Positions 32,878-42,422 of a stretch of DNA of 64,000 nucleotides are shown here, piece by piece; the first letter of the stretch is position 1, and the number at the start of each line of letters is the position of its first letter. The DNA is from Nitrospinales bacterium (GTDB taxonomy: Bacteria > Nitrospinota > Nitrospinia > Nitrospinales > VA-1), in assembly GCA_965262115.1 (NCBI GenBank), contig OZ253496.1:320001-384000 (forward strand), written 5' to 3'. A model generated the notes under the pieces. That model searched no databases. It was given only the letters and a program-made list of their open reading frames with translations, and was not told the origin of the DNA. The position numbers were made by a program, and so were the translations under genes.

Positions 32878-35019
32878 TTAATGTTTATAAAAAAATACCC
32901 TTGAAAAAGGTTTAACAGTTGTCAAAAGCAGGTCATCCTGAGTTCGAGTGATTCCCACATAAATCATGTTCCTGCTTTCTTCCCTTCTAACAGGATAATT
33001 TTCTTCATCGGGTTCTACCATGGCGACAGAATCGAACTCCAGACCTTTGACCTGATGAATATTTGTCACCAGGATACCGGGCTCAAAAGAGAACTGGTCG
33101 CGGTGCCCCAGACGAACTTCTCCGGATAAAAACTCTTCCAGTTCCTCTTTTAATTCCATGGCCTGTTTTGGATAGCGGCAAATGATGGCGATGAGTTTAT
33201 AGGGGTCGGCCTGGACCAGACAATTACTCCAATTCACCAAATGTTCCAGCAGGCTCTCCCTGTCATCAGCCTTGTGCCATTCCGGATCAGGGCCTGCCCT
33301 GCCCTCAACTTTTTTCGGATCGCCTGCCACCTTATGCGCCAAAGTCATGATCGGCACCGTACAGCGGAAAGAAACTTCAAGACGGATAATGGAATCCTCT
33401 TCCATTCCAAGATTTTCCACCACCTTGTTCCAGCCGATGAATTTTCTCGCCGACAGAATCTTCTGGGCCACATCGCCGACAATGGTTATCTGGCGCTTAT
33501 CGTTGACTGCAGACATAATGATGGCAAACTCAACCGGGCCAAAATCCTGAGCCTCATCGATCACCAGATGATCCAGAGAAACCACGCCACCCGACCCATC
33601 CGGCAGTCCCCCATTTTTAAGCTGAATGAGACGCAAAACCAGAGCCATGTCGAAATAATCCAGGTTATTCCTGGCCTTGTTTTTATCCGTCAACCTTTGC
33701 AGATACTCAAGGTTAGAATCCAGCTTAGGGTGAGGAGACAGATAGTCTTTCAAATGCCCGGCATCCGCCAGGAGGTTGTAAACATCCTGAACATAATCGC
33801 TCAGGTCGAAGCTTTTACGCTTCAGAAACTCCAGGCATTTGTCCTTGTCATATTTCGGGAGGCTGGACTCTTTAACCTCATGGGTAAAATCCTTAAGCCG
33901 AGGCAATAAGGCAGTGTCCTCTGCCTTCTTCCAGGATTTTAAAAGTCCGGGCCATGGCTTAAAAACCCGCTCGATCTCTCCATTTAAAGATCGACATTGC
34001 TTATCCACCCATCCTTCAAGAGCCTTGAGGATTTCTTCAGAAAACTTTATTTCCTCAACAAATGATGGAACATTGAGAAATTTGAAAAAAGGCCGTCCGT
34101 GAACCGCTTTTCTAATGATGGACAACGCCCAACTATTGAAGGTTGAGGTTTGCACACCCTCAATACCCATTGACGGCAAAGTGGCACTGACATAAATCTG
34201 CAATGACTTGTTCATAACCAGCACCCGGGTGCTCTTCGGCTTGGCAAACGAATTTTCTTCATGCAGAAGCCAGGCCAGCCGATGTAAAGCAACGGTAGTT
34301 TTACCTGAACCCGCTGACCCCTGAATGATGACAGGTCGTTCCGGGTCGCTGGTGATCAATTCAAATTGATCCTTGGTGATTAAAGAAAGAATACTCGGCA
34401 GGCGTTTTTCTGTCGATCGGACAACCCTTGATCGGTGCGCGGCAATTTCATCTTCGACATCGAGTTTCTCCCAACCCGCTTCGTCTCTGCGGAATACTCC
34501 TTCGGGGGAGTCTATCTGCACCAGTTGACCATTCTCAACCCGGTAGGACCGCCGTAATTGAATGTGACCGCTCCGCTCCCTCTGGTTGATGACCTCGTAA
34601 AACTCTTCTTCCTGCTTGTAATTGAAATATAACCCTGCGATGGGACCTTTGCGCCAGTCCACAATGCCCGCCTCGATATTGCTTTTTTTCCCGATCAGGA
34701 AAGACACTTCACTGCCATCTTCCTCCTTCGTGCAAACTCTGCCAAAATAGGGTTCCTGGATCAGAGCGAACAGGGCCTTGTCACTATTCTTGCGGATATC
34801 CAAAACGCGGTGGGCCACAGCCTCATCCGAAACCAGAGGTTGCCTTTCTTCATGATTCCATTCATTGACCACCTGCCTGGTCAATTCACGGGCCGCCAGG
34901 TTGGCACTGATTTTCGATTCCTGAACAAGGGGAAGCTGCTGACACAACGACTGCAAAGTGTCCTCAAGCAGCTTCTCTTCCTCTTTAATCAACCGCTTGT
35001 CTTCTTCCGTCAAAGCCAT
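32878..35019 (-). CDS. HelD-like SF1 helicase/ATPase
   Basis: EPYFGRV, IVDWR, QGSAGSGKTTVALHRLAWLL, IDEAQD, VGDVAQ, KGLEFD, YVGITR. Confidence 0.85.
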   Translation of the reverse strand: MALTEEDKRLIKEEEKLLEDTLQSLCQQLPLVQESKISANLAARELTRQVVNEWNHEERQPLVSDEAVAHRVLDIRKNSDKALFALIQEPYFGRVCTKEEDGSEVSFLIGKKSNIEAGIVDWRKGPIAGLYFNYKQEEEFYEVINQRERSGHIQLRRSYRVENGQLVQIDSPEGVFRRDEAGWEKLDVEDEIAAHRSRVVRSTEKRLPSILSLITKDQFELITSDPERPVIIQGSAGSGKTTVALHRLAWLLHEENSFAKPKSTRVLVMNKSLQIYVSATLPSMGIEGVQTSTFNSWALSIIRKAVHGRPFFKFLNVPSFVEEIKFSEEILKALEGWVDKQCRSLNGEIERVFKPWPGLLKSWKKAEDTALLPRLKDFTHEVKESSLPKYDKDKCLEFLKRKSFDLSDYVQDVYNLLADAGHLKDYLSPHPKLDSNLEYLQRLTDKNKARNNLDYFDMALVLRLIQLKNGGLPDGSGGVVSLDHLVIDEAQDFGPVEFAIIMSAVNDKRQITIVGDVAQKILSARKFIGWNKVVENLGMEEDSIIRLEVSFRCTVPIMTLAHKVAGDPKKVEGRAGPDPEWHKADDRESLLEHLVNWSNCLVQADPYKLIAIICRYPKQAMELKEELEEFLSGEVRLGHRDQFSFEPGILVTNIHQVKGLEFDSVAMVEPDEENYPVRREESRNMIYVGITRTQDDLLLTTVKPFSRVFFYKH

Positions 35020-35254
35020 GCTTTACTTTCCCCAGTTCAAAACCCTTACCGTTTGTAAGGGCTAAACTTGTTAAGATAAATGATACAAACCTCAAGGGTC
35101 AACCAAAAACTACCAAATGGGGAAAGAAATATTCACGCATAAATATTTTCTGACTGGAGACCCAAGAAAACCTTTAAAACATGAGGTTTTTAATTTAAGA
35201 TGGAATATTCAATTCCAATAGACATTAAGGCCGGAATATTTAAGGAGCTTTTGC

Positions 35255-36139
35255 ATGAAAACTTATGAGGATCTGGAAGGAGATGGCGGATCCAATATAG
35301 TCGGGCAGGTCGTTCAATTAGGCGAAAAACTGCGATCCCGCCTCGATAAAATCAAATATAAAGTCGCGCTGATGAGCGGTAAAGGCGGTGTCGGCAAAAG
35401 TTCCATCACTGCCAATATTGCCTCCTGCCTTGCTGATCGAGGCAATAAGGTTGGAATCCTCGATGCTGACCTGAACGGACCCAGCATCGGCCACCTTTTG
35501 GGAGTCGGCAATGACGTTCAACTGGATATGAAAGACGATGGACTGGAACCGGGTATCGGATATCAGGGAATCCGCATCATGTCGATGGATATGCTTTTGA
35601 AAAGCGCCGACACTCCAGTAATGTGGACTGATGCAGACGACGCCACGGCGTCCTGGGTCAGCATCATGGAGTCCACCGCAACCCGCGAGCTAATGGCAGA
35701 TACCAACTGGGGCGAACTGGATTACCTTCTCATCGATATGCCACCGGGGAGTGACCGCATTGACAACATCCGTTCCTTGATTCCGGAACTGGCCGGAGTT
35801 GTGGAGATCACCATCCCGTCTCCCCTTTCCCAACACATTGTGACCAAATCGATTACCAAGAACAATATGATGGGAGTACCCATCATTGGATTGATCGAGA
35901 ACATGGCCACCTATGTCTGCCCACATTGCGATAAAGAAGGCAAATTGTTTGAAGGGGAAGACGTGCACAAACTAACCGAAAGAAAAGAGATTCCCTATAT
36001 CGGCAAGATCCCGTTTGACACCCGTGTGTCGCAGACCAGCCAATCGGGAAGCCTTTTTTATTCCACATTTAAAGATTCTATTACCGGCAAAGCCATTGCT
36101 GAGGCCGTAGACAATATTCAAAACTTTATCACCAAATAG
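35255..36139 (+). CDS. Mrp/NBP35 (ApbC) ATPase, paralogue 1
   Basis: SGKGGVGKS, LDADLNGPS, IDMPPG, IENM..YVCPHC. Confidence 0.92.
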   Translation: MKTYEDLEGDGGSNIVGQVVQLGEKLRSRLDKIKYKVALMSGKGGVGKSSITANIASCLADRGNKVGILDADLNGPSIGHLLGVGNDVQLDMKDDGLEPGIGYQGIRIMSMDMLLKSADTPVMWTDADDATASWVSIMESTATRELMADTNWGELDYLLIDMPPGSDRIDNIRSLIPELAGVVEITIPSPLSQHIVTKSITKNNMMGVPIIGLIENMATYVCPHCDKEGKLFEGEDVHKLTERKEIPYIGKIPFDTRVSQTSQSGSLFYSTFKDSITGKAIAEAVDNIQNFITK

Positions 36140-36156
36140 TTCAAACAGGAGACCCA

Positions 36157-36591
36157 ATGAAATTCCTTTGTATCCCTTGCGACGTCAAGATGGAAGTACA
36201 AACCGAAGGCATCATGCCGGAGGAAAAGACCAATCTTGTCATGAAATTCAAATGTAAAAAATGCGGACACAGCATCGCCATGCTCACCAATAAATTTGAA
36301 ACCGAGTTTGTCAGCAAACTGGGTGTCGAGTTGGGCGGTGCCACGGGTGTCAGCACAGCACCCATGGCGACAGTTGGTTCTTCTCTGGCTCAAGCCAAAG
36401 AAGAACTGCAAAAGGCAAACCCGGAAGATGATCTGATCTGGACCGAAGAGGCTCTGAAAAGAATCCAACGGGTTCCCTTTTTTGTGCGCGGCATGGCCAA
36501 GAAAACGGTTATCAACTTTGCTATGGAAAAAGGTGCCACTACCATTGACGCCAAACTGATGGACGAAGTCCGCGAAAAAGTCGGCATGTAG
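36157..36591 (+). CDS. Zn-ribbon plus PCP_red (BchB C-terminal-like) domain protein
   Basis: CIPC...CKKC; C-terminal WTEEALKRIQRVPFFVRGMAKK. Confidence 0.8.
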   Translation: MKFLCIPCDVKMEVQTEGIMPEEKTNLVMKFKCKKCGHSIAMLTNKFETEFVSKLGVELGGATGVSTAPMATVGSSLAQAKEELQKANPEDDLIWTEEALKRIQRVPFFVRGMAKKTVINFAMEKGATTIDAKLMDEVREKVGM

Positions 36592-36662
36592 CCGCCAGCG
36601 GCGGTGGGCAACAGACCGTTGCCCTGTTTAACTACCCCCCTGTGATATTTGACCTTTACCCT

Positions 36663-36785
36663 CCCGCCGAACTTCGACTTCCATTTGTAAAATGTCGCCG
36701 GGCTCATAACCATGCCAACGACACAAACCGGATGTTTTAAAGCCCGCATCGTGCTCCTTCAAAATCCCAATAATCTGCTCCCAAG
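36663..36785 (-). mobile_element. IS3-family transposase OrfA remnant, frameshifted
   Basis: EQIIGILKEHDAGFKTSGLCRWHG continues in another frame as MSPATFYKWKSKFGG. Confidence 0.8.
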
Positions 36786-37122
36786 TCTTACATTTCCAGA
36801 TTGGCTCAAGAAATTTCTTTAGATACCGTTTTTCGTTGTCATTCACACTATCCTCAATTTAGTTGTTTATAGGGCAACGACCAAGCTCACTGGGTCCTCT
36901 CATGGTGGCAGTACGTTTTTGCCAGCAGAAATCTGGGCGCTGATCCAGGAAGTGGCGTTAAACGCCGTCATCGAAAAATCTTGCAAGGGTGGACGCTATA
37001 ACTACAGGAGGGAGATTATTTCGACCCGCATTATCCACAGCTAAGCCAGATGCTATCCAGGGCAAAAGGCAATATCTGACACCATTTTTCTCCGTTACCC
37101 TTCGTTGTGGTACACTACGTCC

Positions 37123-37336
37123 ATGACTACCATGATTTCTGAAGCATATGAAGCGTTCCGTGCGGCCCGGGGTTTCTGAAGACAAAGCCAGGCAGGCGGC
37201 AGAAGCGCTGAGCGCGGAAAACCTCGCTACCAAACAGGATATTGAGGAGTTGAAGACCGACAACCATCTGTTCAGATGGATGCTCGGATTTAACCTGACC
37301 TTCACCATGACTATTCTCTGGAAAATTCTCAGCTGA
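37123..37336 (+). pseudogene. small coiled-coil plus TM protein (DUF1640-like), frameshifted
   Basis: MTTMISEAYEAFRAA joins by +1 shift near 37166 to GVSEDKARQAAEAL..LATKQDI..WMLGFNL. Confidence 0.65.
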
Positions 37337-37382
37337 TTTTATCTCCTGCCAGATTCCGCTCCTGCATAGCTGGGGTGTGAGT

Positions 37383-37733
37383 CTATTCCCGCAACCGAGT
37401 CTCCAGAAGCTGAGCCAGCTTCCAGTTTTTTTGTTTTCTGGCAAGATCCAGCGGTGTCTGCCCTTTTTTATCCTTCGCATTCACATCCGCGCCCTTGTCA
37501 ATCAGCGGGGCCGCCATCTCAAGGGCATTGTGTAATGCCGCAATATGCAACGGTGTTTGCTTATGCTCGTCTTTCACATTCACATTTGCGCCCTTGGTAA
37601 TCAATGACGCCGCCGAGTCATAGTCATTGTTCAGTGCGGCAATATGCAACGGCGTATCCCCTTCAGTCGTTAGCGATACACACCCGGGCAATGCGAAAAA
37701 CAGTACAAAATATAATGGAATAGAACGAATCAT
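37383..37733 (-). CDS. ankyrin-repeat lipoprotein
   Basis: Lipobox LPGC; TPLHIAA twice; GADVNAKDKKGQTPLDLA. Confidence 0.88.
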   Translation of the reverse strand: MIRSIPLYFVLFFALPGCVSLTTEGDTPLHIAALNNDYDSAASLITKGANVNVKDEHKQTPLHIAALHNALEMAAPLIDKGADVNAKDKKGQTPLDLARKQKNWKLAQLLETRLRE

Positions 37734-37995
37734 GTCAGTCTCCCTTGAGAAATTGACGTTGCCTGGCAAGTAAACCTGCCATTAAGAATCGGGTGGTTTT
37801 CAATAAGCTGTCCTGATTAAGAGAACACCCCGACGTAACCATAGCGTTCTTTCAATGGAATGACTTTCGAGTGGTCCGGAATGTCTTATCAAGAAATAAA
37901 AACAGGTCCGCAGACTCCTGCCCTGTTTAAGTGTGATCGTTCTGGCAACTGGTAACGGCTCTCCCAACCTGTCACAAAAACCAATGGTTTAGAGC

Positions 37996-38325
37996 CTAGT
38001 TATCAGTGCTTTTACTTTTGCAGGCCGCGCATTCGCACAATTGCCGCAAAAGTTCATGCGTATAAAGCCCGGTATTGTGCCCGTCACTCCATTCAAACTG
38101 GATGGCGTAAAGTCCGACTGCCTTTAGGTTTCGGGGACGGATTTCCTGCGGGATGGAACCCGGAGCGATCAACTTTTTACCGCTCCATTCATCAATGCAG
38201 TTCGCACACGGGCAATGTTCCCGCAAATTCTTAACTGAATAAACCGAGTCGTGCCCATCGTTCCAGGAAATACCCAGAGTGGACTCATCGATCTGTTTAA
38301 TATTCTTGGGTGCAGGAGCAGTCAT
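37996..38325 (-). CDS. DUF971 / GBBH-like N-terminal domain protein
   Basis: WNDGH, LREHCPCANC, VGLYAIQFEWSDGHNTGLY. Confidence 0.9.
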   Translation of the reverse strand: MTAPAPKNIKQIDESTLGISWNDGHDSVYSVKNLREHCPCANCIDEWSGKKLIAPGSIPQEIRPRNLKAVGLYAIQFEWSDGHNTGLYTHELLRQLCECAACKSKSTDN

Positions 38326-38374
38326 AATCGTTTGTCTACTTTCTTTTTAACCTTAATAATGTAAATCACCCCAG

Positions 38375-38581
38375 CCCTTGTGATGTCCCCTTCATTAAAC
38401 TTCATGCCCAGAACGGGTACTTTGAAAAAGAGGGAGCAAAAACCAACCCCCTAGCCCATCGAACAAACCGTATTCCTATTATTCGAGTTATCAGGGGGAG
38501 CACCGGGCAAAAACTCATTAAGCCGAGAAAACTCTTTTTTACACTTGAAAGAGATATTGCTACTCGGCCCCACGCCTAGTG
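38375..38581. repeat. modular intergenic repeat, copy 3 (D inverted, then C and A)
   Basis: rc TACCCGTTCTGGGCATGAAGTTTAATG; GGGCAAAAACTCATTAAGCCGAGA; TCGGCCCCACGCCTAGTG. Confidence 0.8.
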
Positions 38582-38582
38582 A

Positions 38583-39680
38583 TTAGCTTTTCCAGGAAAG
38601 TTCAAAGTCAGCGGAAACTTTTTCGCCTTTGTTAGCCTGATTGATACTGAGTTGCGCCGCCACCTGCCCTGCTAACTCCTTGTAGGCCTGAGCAGCAAGA
38701 GATTCAGCATCGGCTATGACCACGGGAATACCCGAGTCTCCGCCTTCCGCGATGGATTCGATAATCGGTACTTCTCCAAGAAGCGGGATACTAAATGTAT
38801 CAGCCAGTTTTTTTCCGCCGCCCTGTCTAAATATATGATGTTTCTTATCGCAACCATCGCAGATGAAATAGCTCATGTTCTCAACGATACCGAGAAGGGG
38901 AACTTTAACCTGCTGAAACATTTTCACGCCCTTGTCCGCATCGATCAGGCTGACTTCCTGCGGAGTGGTCACAACCACTGCACCGGAAATAGGCGCCTTC
39001 TGGGTCAGGGTCAACTGCACATCGCCAGTACCCGGCGGCAAGTCAATCACCAGATAATCCAACTCACCCCACTCCACATTTTGTAGGAATTGCTGAATGA
39101 TACCGCCCAACATGGGTCCACGAAGCATCAGGGGTTGCCCCTGTTTGGTTAAAAAAGCCGCGGAAACCACTTTCAATCCATACTTTTCATGGGGAAAGAA
39201 TTTATTTTCTGAGCCGACTTTCGGTGGAGAGATGGGAATGCCCATCATCTGCGGTATGCTAGGACCATAAATGTCGGCATCCATCAAACCGACTTGAGCA
39301 CCGGTCATTGACAGGGCAATAGCCAGGTTGGTGCTGACTGTGGATTTCCCCACACCGCCCTTGCCGCTCGCCACGGCAATAATGTTTTTCACCCCGGTCA
39401 AAACCGGTTGTGAATGCTCGGTAGATCGGACAACGGCGGTCATGTTCACATCAATCTGTTCAACCCCTTCAATGGCTTTGACTTTGGTTTCGCATTCTGT
39501 GCGCAACTGTTCTTTCACCGGACAGGCAGGTGTGGTCAATTCAACATCAAATTTGACGTTTCCTCCATCTATACTCATATTTTTGACAAACCCAAGGCTG
39601 ACAATGTCTTTATGCAGGTCAGGATCTTGAACCGTCTTCAACGCATCAATTATTTTCTCTTGCAGCTTGGGATCGGACAT
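38583..39680 (-). CDS. apbC: Mrp/NBP35 Fe-S cluster carrier with an N-terminal DUF59 domain
   Basis: VQDPDL..DIVSLG, TTPACP, SGKGGVGKS, DLPPGTGD, VENMSYFICDGC. Confidence 0.94.
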   Translation of the reverse strand: MSDPKLQEKIIDALKTVQDPDLHKDIVSLGFVKNMSIDGGNVKFDVELTTPACPVKEQLRTECETKVKAIEGVEQIDVNMTAVVRSTEHSQPVLTGVKNIIAVASGKGGVGKSTVSTNLAIALSMTGAQVGLMDADIYGPSIPQMMGIPISPPKVGSENKFFPHEKYGLKVVSAAFLTKQGQPLMLRGPMLGGIIQQFLQNVEWGELDYLVIDLPPGTGDVQLTLTQKAPISGAVVVTTPQEVSLIDADKGVKMFQQVKVPLLGIVENMSYFICDGCDKKHHIFRQGGGKKLADTFSIPLLGEVPIIESIAEGGDSGIPVVIADAESLAAQAYKELAGQVAAQLSINQANKGEKVSADFELSWKS

Positions 39681-40152
39681 AAATCTCTCCTTAAACTAAA
39701 ATATTTTTCCAATCGGTGAAAACACCGAATCTTTAGAATTGTGAGGCGAAACCAAAACCCTCCTACGGTGGACTCATGAGCATTCCGCCGGACACTAATT
39801 AGGATGGCACTCTCTTGAAAAAGATTTCAACCTGCTGAAATGAATCGCGTTAACATTTTCGAAGGTGACCCAAGAAGCCTTGGTTACCCCTTGATTTCAC
39901 TTGCTTTATAACTCTGCATATTGTATATAAATAATTCAGGCCTACAATATATGGATATGTGCGGATTTATCAAAATAACACGTTTAAAAAAGAAAAAGGC
40001 CCTAACTCATTGAAATTGTTTTTTGAAAGCTAAAACCTCCCGACCAGGTTCAAAAACTTCTGGCCTGGCAACTGTATAATACCGCAAACCACAAACGTCA
40101 AGCTGAACCGCTCATCTTTTCTTAAACTTCAATAACAACCTGGGATCACTTC

Positions 40153-42417
40153 ATGGGGCAGGAAAAAACTTCCGACTTACAGGGCGAACTCGAAAAAAGG
40201 TTTCTGACCTACGCGCTTTCGACAATCGTCTCCCGATCTCTTCCTGATGTGCGGGATGGTTTAAAACCGATACATCGCAGAATCCTGTTTGCCATGGAAA
40301 GCATGGGAATGAATTCCGCAAGCAAACATGTCAAATCCGCCAAGATCATCGGTGAGGTGCTGGGTAAATACCATCCTCATGGAGATGCATCCACCTATGA
40401 GTCAATGGTGCGGATGGCACAGGACTTTTCCATGCGTTACCCCCTGGTAGACGGGAAAGGTAACTTTGGTTCTATGGATGGAGATTCACCGGCCGCCTAC
40501 CGTTATACCGAAGGCCGATTGACACCCATCACCTCGTATTTGCTACAGGACATCAAAAAAGACACCGTCGATTTCCGCGCCAATTACGACAACACCCTGA
40601 AAGAACCTGTGGTGCTGCCTTCCCGCGTTCCCAATTTGCTGGTCAACGGCGCATCGGGCATTGCGGTGGGAATGGCCTGCTCATTTCCCAGTCACAATCT
40701 GGATGAAGTCATGTCTGCTTTAATTTCATTGATCGACTCTCCCAAGCAGACCGTGGCCAATCTTATGAAGTATATCAAGGGCCCGGACTTTCCCACCGGC
40801 GGAATCATACTCAACAGCAAGGCTGAGTTGCGAAAGGCTTATGAGACAGGTTTGGGAGCGATAAAAATTCGCGGGCTCTGGAAGGTTGAATCTCTGCCTC
40901 GCGGCAAAAAGCAGATCATTCTCACGGCGATTCCATATAGCGTCAATAAAGCCCGGCTGATAGAAAAAATCGCGGAAATCATCATCGCCAAAAAGCTCCC
41001 TCCTTTAACCGATGTGAGGGATGAGAGTGATGAGAAGGTCCGGGTGGTCCTTGAGTTCAAAAGTACGACCGATGAGAACAAACTGATGAGCTACCTGTTC
41101 AAGCACACTGAACTGGAAAACAATTTTCAAGTTAATTTTAACTGCCTCAAACCAAATGGGGAGCCTGCCCGCCTGTCTCTTCTGCAAATATGCCAGAAAT
41201 TCCTGGCATTCCGCAAGCAGGTGATCAAACGCCGCTTGAATTACGAACTCGTTCTTCTTGAAAAGCGCCTGCACATACTGGCAGGATTCGCAGCAATCTT
41301 TAGCAATCTGGACAAGGCCTTGAAATTGATACGATCTTCCAAGTCCCGCAAGGAAGCTCACGATAAACTGCAAAAAGACTTCAAGCTTGATGACGAGCAG
41401 ACCAGTGCAATTCTGGAAATCCCCCTCTATCGACTGGTCTCAATGGAGATGGAAAAGATTCTGGAAGAGCGAAAAGAAAAGCTCAAGGAGCAAAAACGAA
41501 TCAAGTCCATTCTCGCGTCATCCAAAAAAATCTGGGAGGAGGTGCGGGAAGAGCTGGAAGAAATCAAGAAAAAACACGCGGACAAACGCCTCACCCAGAT
41601 CAAAACCATCGAAAGCATCGAGTATAACGCGGAGGATTTTATCGAGCGCGAAGATGTGCATATCGTCCTCAGCCAAAACGGGTGGATTCGGAAATTGAAA
41701 AACCTGAACGGTCCTTCCGGGCTTAAATTTAAGGAAAATGACCAATTGCTCGGCTCCCTGCAGACCAACACGCGAAACCTGCTGGCTCTTTTTACCTCAT
41801 TTGGAGTCGTTTATGTCTCCAAGGTTTACAATCTGCCTTATACAAGAAGCGGATTTGGCGAACCTGTGCAAAGCCTGTACAAATTTGGTGACGGAGAAAA
41901 AGTGATCGGGATGATGCCCCTTCCCGCCCCGAATGAAGGATCGGATACGCCTGAGAGCCAGGTTTCAATGTACTTCATCAAAAAGGACCAAGCTGAAGAA
42001 AGCGAGTTCATGGTTGCCAGCGCTGATGGGTTTGGTTTTCGGTTTCCCTTATCCAACCTGGCCGAGACTACACGTTTGGGAAGAAAGATCATGAGTTTGA
42101 AAAATGACGACCGCATGATCGGCTTCGCCCCGGTAACACACGATCACGTTTTTCTAGCCACCGCTAAGGGAAAGGCGGTGGTCATCCCCACGGACCAAAT
42201 AACACAACTGACAGGATCGGGCAAAGGAGTCACCCTTATGAAACCGGGGGAAAGCAGTTTGGTCGGATTTAAATTCGTCGGACTAAAACATAAAGTCACA
42301 CTTGAACTCGATTCCGGCAACGACAAGGAAATCACTGTTAAAAGCGTCCGCCTTTGCAACCGCGGTAGCCAGGGTGTGATTGTTTCCAAACGCAAAACCA
42401 TTCTCAAAATAAAATAG
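40153..42417 (+). CDS. parC: type IIA topoisomerase subunit A (ParC-like)
   Basis: RSLPDVRDGLKP, YHPHGD, AAYRYTE, GPDFPTGG; no GyrA-box seen. Confidence 0.85.
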   Translation: MGQEKTSDLQGELEKRFLTYALSTIVSRSLPDVRDGLKPIHRRILFAMESMGMNSASKHVKSAKIIGEVLGKYHPHGDASTYESMVRMAQDFSMRYPLVDGKGNFGSMDGDSPAAYRYTEGRLTPITSYLLQDIKKDTVDFRANYDNTLKEPVVLPSRVPNLLVNGASGIAVGMACSFPSHNLDEVMSALISLIDSPKQTVANLMKYIKGPDFPTGGIILNSKAELRKAYETGLGAIKIRGLWKVESLPRGKKQIILTAIPYSVNKARLIEKIAEIIIAKKLPPLTDVRDESDEKVRVVLEFKSTTDENKLMSYLFKHTELENNFQVNFNCLKPNGEPARLSLLQICQKFLAFRKQVIKRRLNYELVLLEKRLHILAGFAAIFSNLDKALKLIRSSKSRKEAHDKLQKDFKLDDEQTSAILEIPLYRLVSMEMEKILEERKEKLKEQKRIKSILASSKKIWEEVREELEEIKKKHADKRLTQIKTIESIEYNAEDFIEREDVHIVLSQNGWIRKLKNLNGPSGLKFKENDQLLGSLQTNTRNLLALFTSFGVVYVSKVYNLPYTRSGFGEPVQSLYKFGDGEKVIGMMPLPAPNEGSDTPESQVSMYFIKKDQAEESEFMVASADGFGFRFPLSNLAETTRLGRKIMSLKNDDRMIGFAPVTHDHVFLATAKGKAVVIPTDQITQLTGSGKGVTLMKPGESSLVGFKFVGLKHKVTLELDSGNDKEITVKSVRLCNRGSQGVIVSKRKTILKIK

Positions 42418-42422
42418 GTACT

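Noticed and set aside
39720..39900. Riboswitch or ncRNA upstream of apbC (hairpin GGTGACCCAAG-AAGC-CTTGGTTACC)
   Set aside because: One good hairpin but no family consensus I can support; an Rfam/Infernal scan would be needed.
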